Shown: piece after piece, positions 37,771-47,865 of the stretch
How the letters are laid out: each line of letters opens with the position of its first letter
Position numbering within the stretch: position 1 is the first letter of the stretch
NCBI RefSeq assembly: GCF_006345805.1
Contig: NC_043012.1
Span: forward strand, 16,244,001-16,308,000
Origin: Octopus sinensis
Lineage: Eukaryota
DNA: 64,000 bases
Reading direction: 5' to 3'
Notes under the pieces: model-generated
The model's input: the letters and a program-made list of their open reading frames with translations, nothing else
Told to the model about the DNA's origin: nothing
Databases searched by the model: none
Position numbers and translations under genes: made by a program

Positions 37771-39445
37771 TACGCGTTTTTTTGCGCTCTGTAAAATTCG
37801 GTTAAAAAAGAAAAACAACAAAAAGTGAATTGTGGTTGCGGAATTGGAACGTCGGTTGGTGCGGTTTCGCGTCGCACTGGTTCTGTGCGTCGCACGTTTT
37901 CTGTTCGGGAGGCCGTTTTTCGGTCTGAGGCGACTATGAGCCGCCTCTACCAAACGGATGAGATGGAAGGGAGAAATTTCTCTGAAAATTCGTCGACATC
38001 TGAGGAGGAGTTGGCGGTGAAAAAAATGGAAAGCACTATGCAGGTATAACGAAGAAGTCAACAGAAAAAGAGATAGACCTGGCTAAGTTGACGGACTTCC
38101 AGGAGTTCATGAAGGAGGAGGAGAACGGAGAGGTTGAGCTGTTGCCTCTAGCAGGGCGCGGAGACTGGTTCCATCGTAGAACCATTAAATATAAAGTATT
38201 TATGAATGGAGGTAGAAAAATGGAAGTGATTAACATGGAAGCAATTGAAGAGGCTTTCAAACGGACAGGAGAAGAAATTGTGTACATGACAAAAGGATTA
38301 GAATATGGAACCATAACGGTACAATTTAAAAGTGAGAAAGCAGCCAGGAATATAGCAGCCAAGGTGGTGAGTACAGAAAAGTTTTACTTGTTCCCCTCGT
38401 ATTTGAATAGAAGGACCACCAGAATTAGGGTGGAAGGAATACCTCCACACCTAGAGGGCGAATTAATAACGGCTGCGGTTATCAAAGGAAATGAAGATAA
38501 AGTGGACATCCTCCACGCCATTATGAAATATGAAGGCGTGAGAGGTGCCACACTAGTAATGAACATACAGACGGAGACGGAAGTTATAGAAAAGCTTACG
38601 GACAGTATAAAAACTGGAAATATTATTATGAGAGTGTGGGTGGAGGGTAGGGCGCCCAGGTGCTACAAGTGTGGCATGAGGGGTCACATAAGAGCCTACT
38701 GTCCTCCACCACTAAAGGAAAAAGAAAAGGAAATCGTCGCGGAAGCCCCAAAAGAGGAAGAAACCAAAGAGAACCAAAGGGAAAAAGAAACGACAGAAGA
38801 AGAGGAGATGCAACAAGAGTGGAAAGAAGGAAGAAAAATGAGAAAAAGAAAGAAAAAGAAAAACTGTGCGAAGCCCCAACCCACCCCAACACCACCCGCA
38901 CCCTCTCAATCCCACCCTTCCCCTGCAGACAGTGAACCCACCCGCTCCCCTCCAACAAGAAAACAAAAGAAAAATAACAATACAGACAGACAAGAGTTTG
39001 AAAACGAACCCAGGCCGAACATTTATATTGTGACTGAACAGAAAGAGGTTGAAAGGGTAATGGAGGAGTATGAATGGTATGAAATGGATGGGACCAGATA
39101 TGCAGTGCTGGAAAAGAAGAATATAGATGAGTTTGTGTTGAGGTGTGAAAGGGAGAATTGGGAGGTGAAAGATACAAGAATGAGCGATGAATTCGTGGAA
39201 TATATGGAGGACAGTTTCGGAGTAAGAATGGATATGGATGGTCTTCGTATTGGGAATGAACATTCAGGTGACAGTGAAAACAAAAGGACAGGTAAGTGAT
39301 GCTGGCGGAGGGGGCCGTTAGCATCGCTTTCATATTATCATTTTTTCATTTTCATTTGCTCATAAATTTAATCATATTGTTCTATGTCCTCCATGTTTTG
39401 TTAGGTCCGCCATTCTTCGTAGCCTCTGGTGGGTAATAAAGAAAT
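37771..39445 (+). mobile_element. ORF1-only element B (close relative of A)
   Basis: 5'UTR and ORF1 core are near-identical to A. Tail GTAGCCTCTGGTGGGTAATAAAGAAAT. Confidence 0.88.
37936..39299 (+). CDS. ORF1 of B (one frameshift near 38035)
   Basis: ORFs 37825..38049 and 38088..39299; CYKCGMRGHIRAYC. Confidence 0.85.
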
Positions 39446-39652
39446 AACATGGAGGAAATCAATTTTTTGCGTTATTAGTAAGTTGATATATTTTTGCTCT
39501 CGTACTATTATCTCTGTTATTATATACTGTTGGTCTATCTGTTTTGGAAGTCAGCCTTCGTGCGAAGACTTCGCGTTGGTGTTCTCCCTCCGTGGGGGAA
39601 AACTACAATTAATTTGGATTTACCAAAGGCTTGTTAAAGCCATTTGTTCAAG

Positions 39653-41040
39653 ATGGAGTCCCCCATCTCTTATTCGCCCGTGACGAGCGAGGATGAATAC
39701 CCGGCGTTGTCGCCAAGAAAAAAAGAGGCGTTGTCGCCAAGAAAAAAAGAGGCGTTGTCGCCGAAGAAAAAAGAGGCGGCGTCGCCCAAGAAAATGGAAA
39801 AACCAGTACCAGCATCAACTCCAGCAAAAAAATTCGCTGAAGTGGCTGGGAAAAAGATCAAAAAAATAAATATAGAAAATTTTGGAAAATTTGCAGACTG
39901 TGTAAAAAAAGAAGGCACAGAAGTGACTGTGGCCACAAACATACAAATACATGACGATATAGAAAAAAAAAGAATAATATATAAAACTTACGACACAACG
40001 AAAAAAATGATCCAAAAAATCGAAGAAAAAAAAATAGAGTTTTGTCTAAAACCTTTTATGGATAAAATAACGTATATAAACAGAGGAAAAAGATACGGCA
40101 CAGTGGAGGTGCGTTTTACTACGGAGGAGATAGCGAAGAAACTATCGATGGAGCCGATCAAAGCGGAAAACATTGTCTTACTACCATTGTATAAAGGAAA
40201 AAGGACGTCGAAAATTTCAATGAACAACATACCGCCAGAGGCAGATGCTGAATGTCTGGTGGCAGCAGTGATGGTAGGTCTGGAGGAAAAAATAAACATC
40301 CTCCAGGCCACAGTGGAGGAAGAGGAGTTTGGAAAGGGCAGAAAATAGTGATAGCCATTCAGGCGGAGGTGCAAACACTGGAAGAAATTCCAGAAACGGT
40401 AAAGATTAGTGAAGACGAGAAAAAAACAGTTTTCGTGGAGGGCAGGAAGCCGAGGTGCTTCGGCTGCGGCAGAAGGGTCATGTAAGGGCGGAATGCCAAC
40501 CCCAACCCAAACCGCAGGAAGCACCTAAGCCAAAAGAAAAAGAAGATAATGTGTCACCAGAAGCAGCGTCGGACGGCCCAGAAGGGAAGACTGAAGGTGT
40601 GGAGGGACGGTGACAGCAGAACCAGCGGCGGAGGAAAAAAAAAAAAGAGCGAGGAAAAGATAAATGAGGAGGGGTGGGCAAAAATTACCGGAAAAAAAAA
40701 AGAAAAACGGAAACCACCCCTCCCAGAGTAATTTTAAAAAGAAAAAAGAGTCAATGAACTCGTATATGGCCGTAAAGGCAGCAAATAGCAGACTCGGAAA
40801 CGCGTTGGCAGCCATGGCCAAAGTGGAGAAAGTAGTGAAAGAAAACGACTTTGTAATTTACAGAATAGGCCGGAAGGATTACGGGCGGATAAAGTCAGAA
40901 TTCTTCCATGACGTAGGCCCACTTAGATTGGATGTGACATCTCCACATATATTCGAGGGCCTACGTCAGACTCCCCCACGAGGCCCAGAAAAAGAGGTAG
41001 AAGAACAAGAGAAAACCGAACCACTGATATAAGGTAAGTA
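39653..41040 (+). CDS. ORF1 of C, frameshifted
   Basis: YGTVEVRF, LLPLYKGKRTSK, VEGRKPRCFGCG; N-terminal SPRKKE repeats. Confidence 0.8.
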
Positions 41041-44000
41041 ATGGATTACATTTATGTTGGTTGTTTGAATGTGCGCGGCCTGGGAGCAGGCTGGAAGCAA
41101 GGTCGCTTCCTGCATGATATCAGGTCGCGTAATTTAGATGTTATTGTTGCTACAGAAACCGGTTAGAGGGGCCAAGAGGTCTACTCCCGCTGTTTGACGG
41201 CTACGAGAGTTTTTTCTCTCCTGGCAGTCCTACAGGCGGGAGTGGGGTGTTGGTCCTATTAAAAAGAAACCGGGTTTCTGAGAAAAAGTTAATTTTTGCA
41301 GATCCAGAAGGTAGGCTGGTCGTCATGGATTTGACGTTCAGTAATGGTAAAGTTATCAGACTGGTTGCAATTTACGCACCCAACCATACAGGGCAAAGTG
41401 ATTATTTTCGTGAACTAGAAAACTTTCTTGGTACTTCGCATTCATTAGTGGTGCTAGGAGACTTTAACACAATTTGCAAAGCGGATGTAGATTGTGTTGG
41501 CTCGCGTCCAGATAGAAAAGGCAACAGTGGCTTCATGGAACTGCTAAGCCGCTTTGAGCTAGCAGATCCTTATAGGCTGGAATTTCCGAACGCTCCATTG
41601 TGGACATGGTCAAACAGCGACGGATCTTCCAGGTCATATTTAGATAGAATACTAATTAGAAAAGTAGACAGTAAAATAGCTAAGTGTCCACAGTTTTACC
41701 CGATCAGCTACAGTGATCATAAAATGGTCACTTGTAAGCTTGACATAGATAAGGTTAAAAATAGAGGATCCGGTTACTGGAAACTTAATACGTCCCTTTT
41801 GGCGATTAAGGAGTACAAGACCGGATTAGGAATATAATTCAGAGGGCACTATCTGGTACCATCATTAATAACAAATGGTGGTACGCCCTCAAACGAGCCA
41901 TCAAGTTTGAGTCTATTAGATATAGCATAGGAGTAGTGGCTAGAGAGGCTAGAAGGGAAACTACTCTAGTTAAGGAATTAGAGGAAGCCATGAAAACTGG
42001 CTCTGCGGCTCAGGTGGCGTCCAAGAGACTGGTGTTAAACCAGCACCTCGAGGCCAAACACATGGGCTGCATTGTCAGGGCTAGAATCCGCCATATGGGA
42101 TGTGAAGGAATCAACGCCGTGAGATGGGTCCGAGTGGTGGAAGCTCGGCATGGTAACGATGCCACGATTCGATCTTTGACGAACCAACAAGGTGAGTTGA
42201 TAAACGAACCCGAGGAGATGTGTGAGGCCTTTCAGGAGCACTTCGCTCAGCTTTTCGGTGAGTGCGGCGGACTGGATACGAGGAGGGCCTTTACGGACCT
42301 ACTCGACGGTCTGCCGCGCTTATCGGGGCGAGATGCGGAGGGCTGTGAAGGGCCAATCACGCCTGGGGAGGTGTTTGAGGCAATGGCGGACTGCGGCGCG
42401 GGCAAGGCGCCGGGTTTGGATGGTCTACCCTATGAGTTATATAGAGTATGCCAGACTTGTTCGGGCACCTACTGGCGGAGGTCTATGCGAACTGGCAGCA
42501 GAACGGGCTTATACCCAGATCTGTGCGCCGGGGAGTAGTGACTCTCGTCAGAAAGGACCCGAGCAAGGGGGAGTGCATTGATAATTTCAGGCCCATCACT
42601 CTGCTAAACACAGAGTTGAAGATTTTGGCCAAAGTGTTATCGAAAAGATTGGCGCGTGTCGCGGATGGTCTGATCGGAGAGGCACAGACATGTGCCGTTC
42701 CGGGCAGATCCATTCAGGATAATCTCCATCTAATGCGGTACACTATAGAGGGGTTTAATAGTGATTCTGGCAAGGGTGGGGCACTGGTCCATTTAGACCA
42801 ATCTAAAGCTTTTGATAGGGTCGACCATCGTTACCTGGTGTCTGCCCTGGCACAGTTCGGGCTGAGCCTTGGCTTCCTCAGGTGGATTATCCAAATTATG
42901 ATAACATCGACTCGGTAGTTCGGGTGAACGGCTTCTTGTCGAAGCCGTTCAAAATCAAACGCTCGGTTCGTCAAGGGTGTCCGCTCTCCCCGCTTTTGTA
43001 CGTGATGGCTCTTGAGCCATTACTGCGAAAACTGAGCGGCATCCCGAGACAGCCAGGTAATGGAAAATCAGTGTCAGCGTACGCGGATGACATCACCATC
43101 ATCGTAACCGAAATGGACCACCTATGTAAAGTAGGCAAGGCCATAGAGGTTTACGAGACGGTGACAGGACCAAAAGTTAATCGCGAAAAGTCAGTCGGCT
43201 TGCAACTCGGCACCTGGAGAGGCAAGTCGATGCCTCCTGACAGCGTCGTGGGACGTTGGACGGAGGGTCCGATTAAACTGCTAGGGGTCTGGTTCGGTCC
43301 AGACCTCCAAATAGAGAAGAATTGGGGCGAGGTAACGAGCAAGGTGGCTGCAGTAGCCAAGACCTGGTCTTGGCGGTGGCTATCCCTGAAAGGGAGGGCG
43401 GAGGTGGCCAATGTGTTTATCGCATCGGTTATCACCTACCGCCTTTCCGTCGTTCCTTGCCCTGATTTGGTGGTTGATCAAGTTGGAAAGACAGCTCTTC
43501 TACTTCTTGTGGAAGGGCGGGAAACCACTTGTGAAACGCTCTACTTGCTGTCAACAACCGTTAAAGGGTGGGCTAGGGATACCTTGGCTGATGATGCGCA
43601 GACATGCGCTGAGGTTAAGACATCTGTGGCTCTACCTGGATGGTGAACGGGTGTGGTCTTCGCTAGCAAAACTGATGTTTCCCAAGTTCACTAGTTTCGG
43701 TGGATGGGAAACCTGGCTGAATCGTAGATCGAAACTTGGCACTTGGTACACGGAGTGTCGCAAGGCTCTCCTGCTATTCGTCGCTCGGGCAACGCCTGCG
43801 GTGGGGGTTCCACCACATTCTTCTATAGAGGGTTGGTAGAGGCGGATGTGAAGATACCTTGGGGGAAACCCTAGGTCTCGACGATAATCAGCTGGCCAGT
43901 CTGTTCCGACGTACGTTCGAGCCGAGGACACTGGACAACTTCCAGAAGTCTCTGGCATGGCAATGCTACAGAGGAGCTCTACCTGTTCGGGATAAACTCG

Positions 44001-44420
44001 CAAGGCACGGTGGCCAAGACAGTCCGATATGTCCAAGATGCGGGCGGGATAGGGAAACCGTCCCGCACGCTATTGTTCATTGTCCGGACGTGTCTGAGGT
44101 GTGGGTTTATGCCGAACAGCTGTTGTCAGGTACACGAAGAGTACAGCTGTCGACTGAGTCGATTACAAAAATTGACCCACCGGATTTCCTCGTGAATGAA
44201 GGTAAGTTTCGTTTTCTCGTTGTAGTAGCAATTGCGAAAGAGGTGATATGGAAGACGAGAATGAAAGGTGTACAGTCAGGCAAGTTCATCTCCGGCCCTG
44301 GTTTGATGAAGTATTTCATCTTTCACCTGAAAAGGAAGATAGGGCTGGAGAGAATATGCCTGACTAGGAGAGTGTATGAAGAACGATGAAAGGATGTAGC
44401 ACGAAAGTTGCGAGTGAAAG
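41041..44420 (+). CDS. ORF2 of C (APE endonuclease plus RT), multiple frameshifts
   Basis: GCLNVRG, GDFN, SDHK, LDQSKAFDRVDH, RQGCPLSP, YADD, CPRCGRDRETVPHAIVHC; clearly paralogous to T1 ORF2. Confidence 0.9.
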
Positions 44421-44689
44421 ATACAACATAAATGTAATACCAAGCGCAACCAAAAGTATCAGTGGGGAGGCGGGGCTCGTGGGGTCCGAGCTAAACCCGC
44501 ACCCACTCCACCCGTAATGTCTTCCGGTCTGTCCCATCATTCGATTTCTGTCCATTTATTGTAATTCATGAAAATTTTTAAATTCGATTTATCGTAAAAA
44601 ACCATTCGTGTGTCTGACCCCATCATCAGATTGTATTGTCCCATCTATGTTCGCCCCTTGTGGGTAATAATAAAACAATATGGAGGAAA

Positions 44690-46597
44690 TCTATCCACGT
44701 GTGTTGTGAGTTATTTTGTATGTGAAAATTGGAAAAAAAACTGTTAAAAATTGTCAAAAAATTGAATCGCGCGAGGCGTTTGCCGCTACGTGTTTGAACC
44801 TTTTATAGAAGGTGTGTCGACCCTCAAGTCATGGAGACTTACGCGGAGGTCGCCACAACAAAAAGTGACGAGTCTCTTAGAATAAAAGAGTGTTCTTTAG
44901 AAAAGAACAATTGAAGGAATACGAGAAGTTCGTCAAAAGGGAGGGTGACAGCGTGAAGCTGGTCCCGCCTGTGAAACAATAAGAGAAAGAAAAATAACAA
45001 GACGATAACGTATAGAACGCAAGATAGAAACACGAGAAAACTGGTGAGAGTGACGATTGAAGAAATAGAGAAATGTCTGGGGGACATCATGAAAAAAGCG
45101 ACTTTTGTAGACAGAGGAAAGAATATGGTACGGTGGAGGTGAGATGCGCAACAAAGGAAGTGGCGGCCTCATTGGCTTCCACTGTCCTGAAAGCGGAAAA
45201 TTTCACCATGTGGCCGACGTATAAAGGAAGACGAGGGGTACGGGTAAGAGTCCCAAAGGTGCCCCCAGATATTAAAGCAGAAATGCTGGTAACAGCCATT
45301 ATTGGGGCAGCAAAAGAGGAAGTAGAAATAGGGTCAATTAAGGAGACGAACGTTGTAAATTGGAAGGGATTCGGAGTAGAGTTGTGGTTGATTGCCACAA
45401 TGGAAGACATCGAAAGATTTCCCTTCCAAATAGAAATAGAAAACGAGAAAACAATTAGTGTAATAGTGGAAGGCAGAAAACCGAATTGCTACCTGTGCGG
45501 ATCAAGAGGGCACATAAAAAAGGAATGTCCGCTGTATGAATTCACAGCGGAGCAAAAAGAGACACAAAGTGGAGAGAAGGAAAACGAACACGAAGGAAAG
45601 AACAGCGAAAACAAGGAAAAGGAAATAACGGAGAAACAACAAGAGAAGGGAAGTAACAGCGCACTGAAAGAAAATGAAAACAAAGGGAAGATAGTAGAAA
45701 AGGAGCAAAATTCACAGGGTGCAGAAGTAGTGGAGAAGGAGCCAAGGCAGAAGCAAGAGAAAGAAAAGGAAAGTACATTAAAGGAAAGAGAAAAAGCAGG
45801 AAAAGAACAAGAGAAGGAACAGAACCAAGAGAAAGGAAAAGATGGTATGCAAAAAGGAAAAGAAACAACAGGAAAGGAACTTAAGGCACAGGGTAGAGAG
45901 ACGGCAGACAAAGAGCCAAAAAGACAAGAGAAGGAAAAAGAAAGAAGAGAAAGCAAAAAGAGAGAAAGAGAGAAACCGAGGGAGGAGAAAAAAGAGGAAG
46001 TAAGTCCTAAGAGAAAAACCAGAGAAAACGTAGGTACGAATAGAAAATTCAAATACTATGGAACGTTGATCCATCACAGGCACTGTGAGGAGATGGAAGA
46101 TTTAATAAACGTAACAAATGGATATACGTGGGTCAGGATGGGCACCGAATGGAAAGAAACAGGTGCACTCGTCCACGAGAAAGACGCCGAGGCGTTCATC
46201 GAGGCAGCTGGCAAGAACGTGTCAAAACATATGAAATGCCGACTTACAAGGTTGCCACGAACGATGGAATTTTACTCAGATTTGGTAGAGATAATGGAGT
46301 ATATATAAAAGAAAAGGTATTGTGAAAACTTAATTTGGAAATGATAAAAAGAACTTTAAATTCTGAAAAAAAAAAAAGAAATGTTGAACTTTGTAAAACT
46401 TTTGAAATGTATGTTGAAAATGTATAAAATGTTTTATTTGGAAAATATTGTTGACGAATAAAAAACAAATGACGAAATGTAACCGCTCGATTTCGGGGAT
46501 CGAGTGGGCATTACACCACATTGTACAAACTTCATAATTCATTATTCATTTTCCCGATTGTATTGTCCCATCTATGTAGCCCCTAGTGGGTAATAAT
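44690..46597 (+). mobile_element. ORF1-only element D
   Basis: ORF1 ~44830-46308 (YGTVEVRC, CYLCGSRGHIKKEC, long K/E-rich linker), 3'UTR and tail TTGTCCCATCTATGTAGCCCCTAGTGGGTAATAA. Confidence 0.88.
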
Positions 46598-46880
46598 AAA
46601 ACAATATGGAGGAAAGCACCTTCGAAAAGTGTCTTGGTGCAACTATGAAAGGTATATAATCAGAGGTGGTAAATTCGCCACCATAGAAGCAATGTTCGAG
46701 TCAACGGAGCGTGCAAGGGAGTATTTTATTTTTACCTTTATATCTGGGACGTAGGACGTCCCGGAAAAAAATTTAAAATGCCCCTCCCCCAGAAGTAGAG
46801 GTAGGCTGGATTGTAGCCACACTTCTATACAAGAGGGAGGACAAGATACAATTGATCGAAATTACAAGAGACGGGCTAAC
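46598..46880 (+). pseudogene. Right half of the older host ORF1 fragment
   Basis: With frameshifts reads NNMEESTFEKCLGATMKG.YIIRGGKFATIEAMF...LPLYLGRRTSR...PPEVEVGWIVATLL..REDKIQLIEIT. Confidence 0.75.
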
Positions 46881-47714
46881 AATTCCAGTCTGTTATATAT
46901 TTTGAGTATTGTTATCACTAGCGATATCAAGATATAACTTTGTATTTTGTATTTTATGTATAGATGTATTTATATAGATGTACATGTAATATGTACACAT
47001 ATATATACACATATATACATGCACTAGCACTATGACCCGGCAACGACGGGTATTTAATGCTAGTATATATATATATAATCTTCAACGTATCATTTAAGCT
47101 GGAAGTAATTGTGTATGGTTTGGTGGTCCTGATAACATTGCTTTGTGGTGCTGAATCTTGGACTTTGTGATATCAGAATTCCGAACCAACTTCTCTTTGA
47201 CCAATTCCCAACAGGAAGCTCAGTTAGAAAGCTACTCTTGCGCTTTAAAGAGAAGCTAAAAGACAATCTGAAGCAATTCAACATTCCCTGGGAAACAAAG
47301 CATCAGAACGCAGGACCTTGCGCCAGTTCAAACATTTGAGCAAAATAGACTCCAACACCGGGACCAACTTCCTGAAAGTATACAGGCACGCTGGCAAATC
47401 ACTGCCCCTCTACTTGGAAACTTTACATGTAGATGTGGTTTTTGTGGTACATGGCAAAGTGGATCTTGCCGTCGACTCAAGAAAACGGATAGTAAATGAT
47501 GCACAAGCATTCAAGCAAACTGAGTCCTCAACTTGTTCCATTTACCAAAAGGTTTGCAAGGCACCAACAATCCCCAAGAAACACATTCGTCTTCATAGAA
47601 CATCATTAACGCTTTATGTTACTGATCCATTATATAAATAAATAATAAATTTCTGTACAAGTAAAATGTGACATATATATGGTTTCAAATTTTAGAAGAC
47701 CAGAAAATTCGAGA

Positions 47715-47865
47715 AAGGAAAAGGCAATCACATCGATCCCAGTACTCTACTGGTACTTATTTTATTGACTCCATAATGATGAGAGGCAAAGTCGACCCAG
47801 GGGGGCATTTAAATTCAGATCGTAAAGACAGACGAAATGCCGCTAGACGTTTGGCCCGGCGTGCA
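47715..47865 (-). mobile_element. Degenerate SINE fragment
   Basis: AGGCAAAGTCGACC...GACAGACGAAATGCCGCTA matches the reverse complement of the 22168/32101 family. Confidence 0.65.

Larger units (their letters stand above)
39459..44671 (+). mobile_element. Full-length Tx1-family element C
   Basis: ORF1 39653-~41040 and ORF2 41041-~44420; tail TTGTCCCATCTATGTTCGCCCCTTGTGGGTAATAA; flanked by (AAC/AAT)ATGGAGGAAA on both sides. Confidence 0.9.
35592..47063 (+). mobile_element. Putative non-autonomous Helitron enveloping the Tx1 nest
   Basis: 5' A|TC at 35592 followed by TATATATAAAA and (CTGT)n. 3' hairpin ACCCG-GCAACGA-CGGGT (47035-47051), then CTAG|T at 47060-47063. That both ends belong to one element is inference. 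Confidence 0.55.

Noticed and set aside
39299-39436. 45-codon hydrophobic ORF starting at the retained ATG in B
   Set aside because: T-rich UTRs often lack stops; the equivalent in A is 34 codons and diverges after about 10 residues.
36394-46083. Antisense ORFs overlapping the ORF1s (F/S/L-rich)
   Set aside because: These are shadows of purine-rich K/E-coding sense strands.
47090-47620. GC-richer minus-strand stretch that may be a decayed Penelope or LINE RT
   Set aside because: No motif was clear enough to assign.
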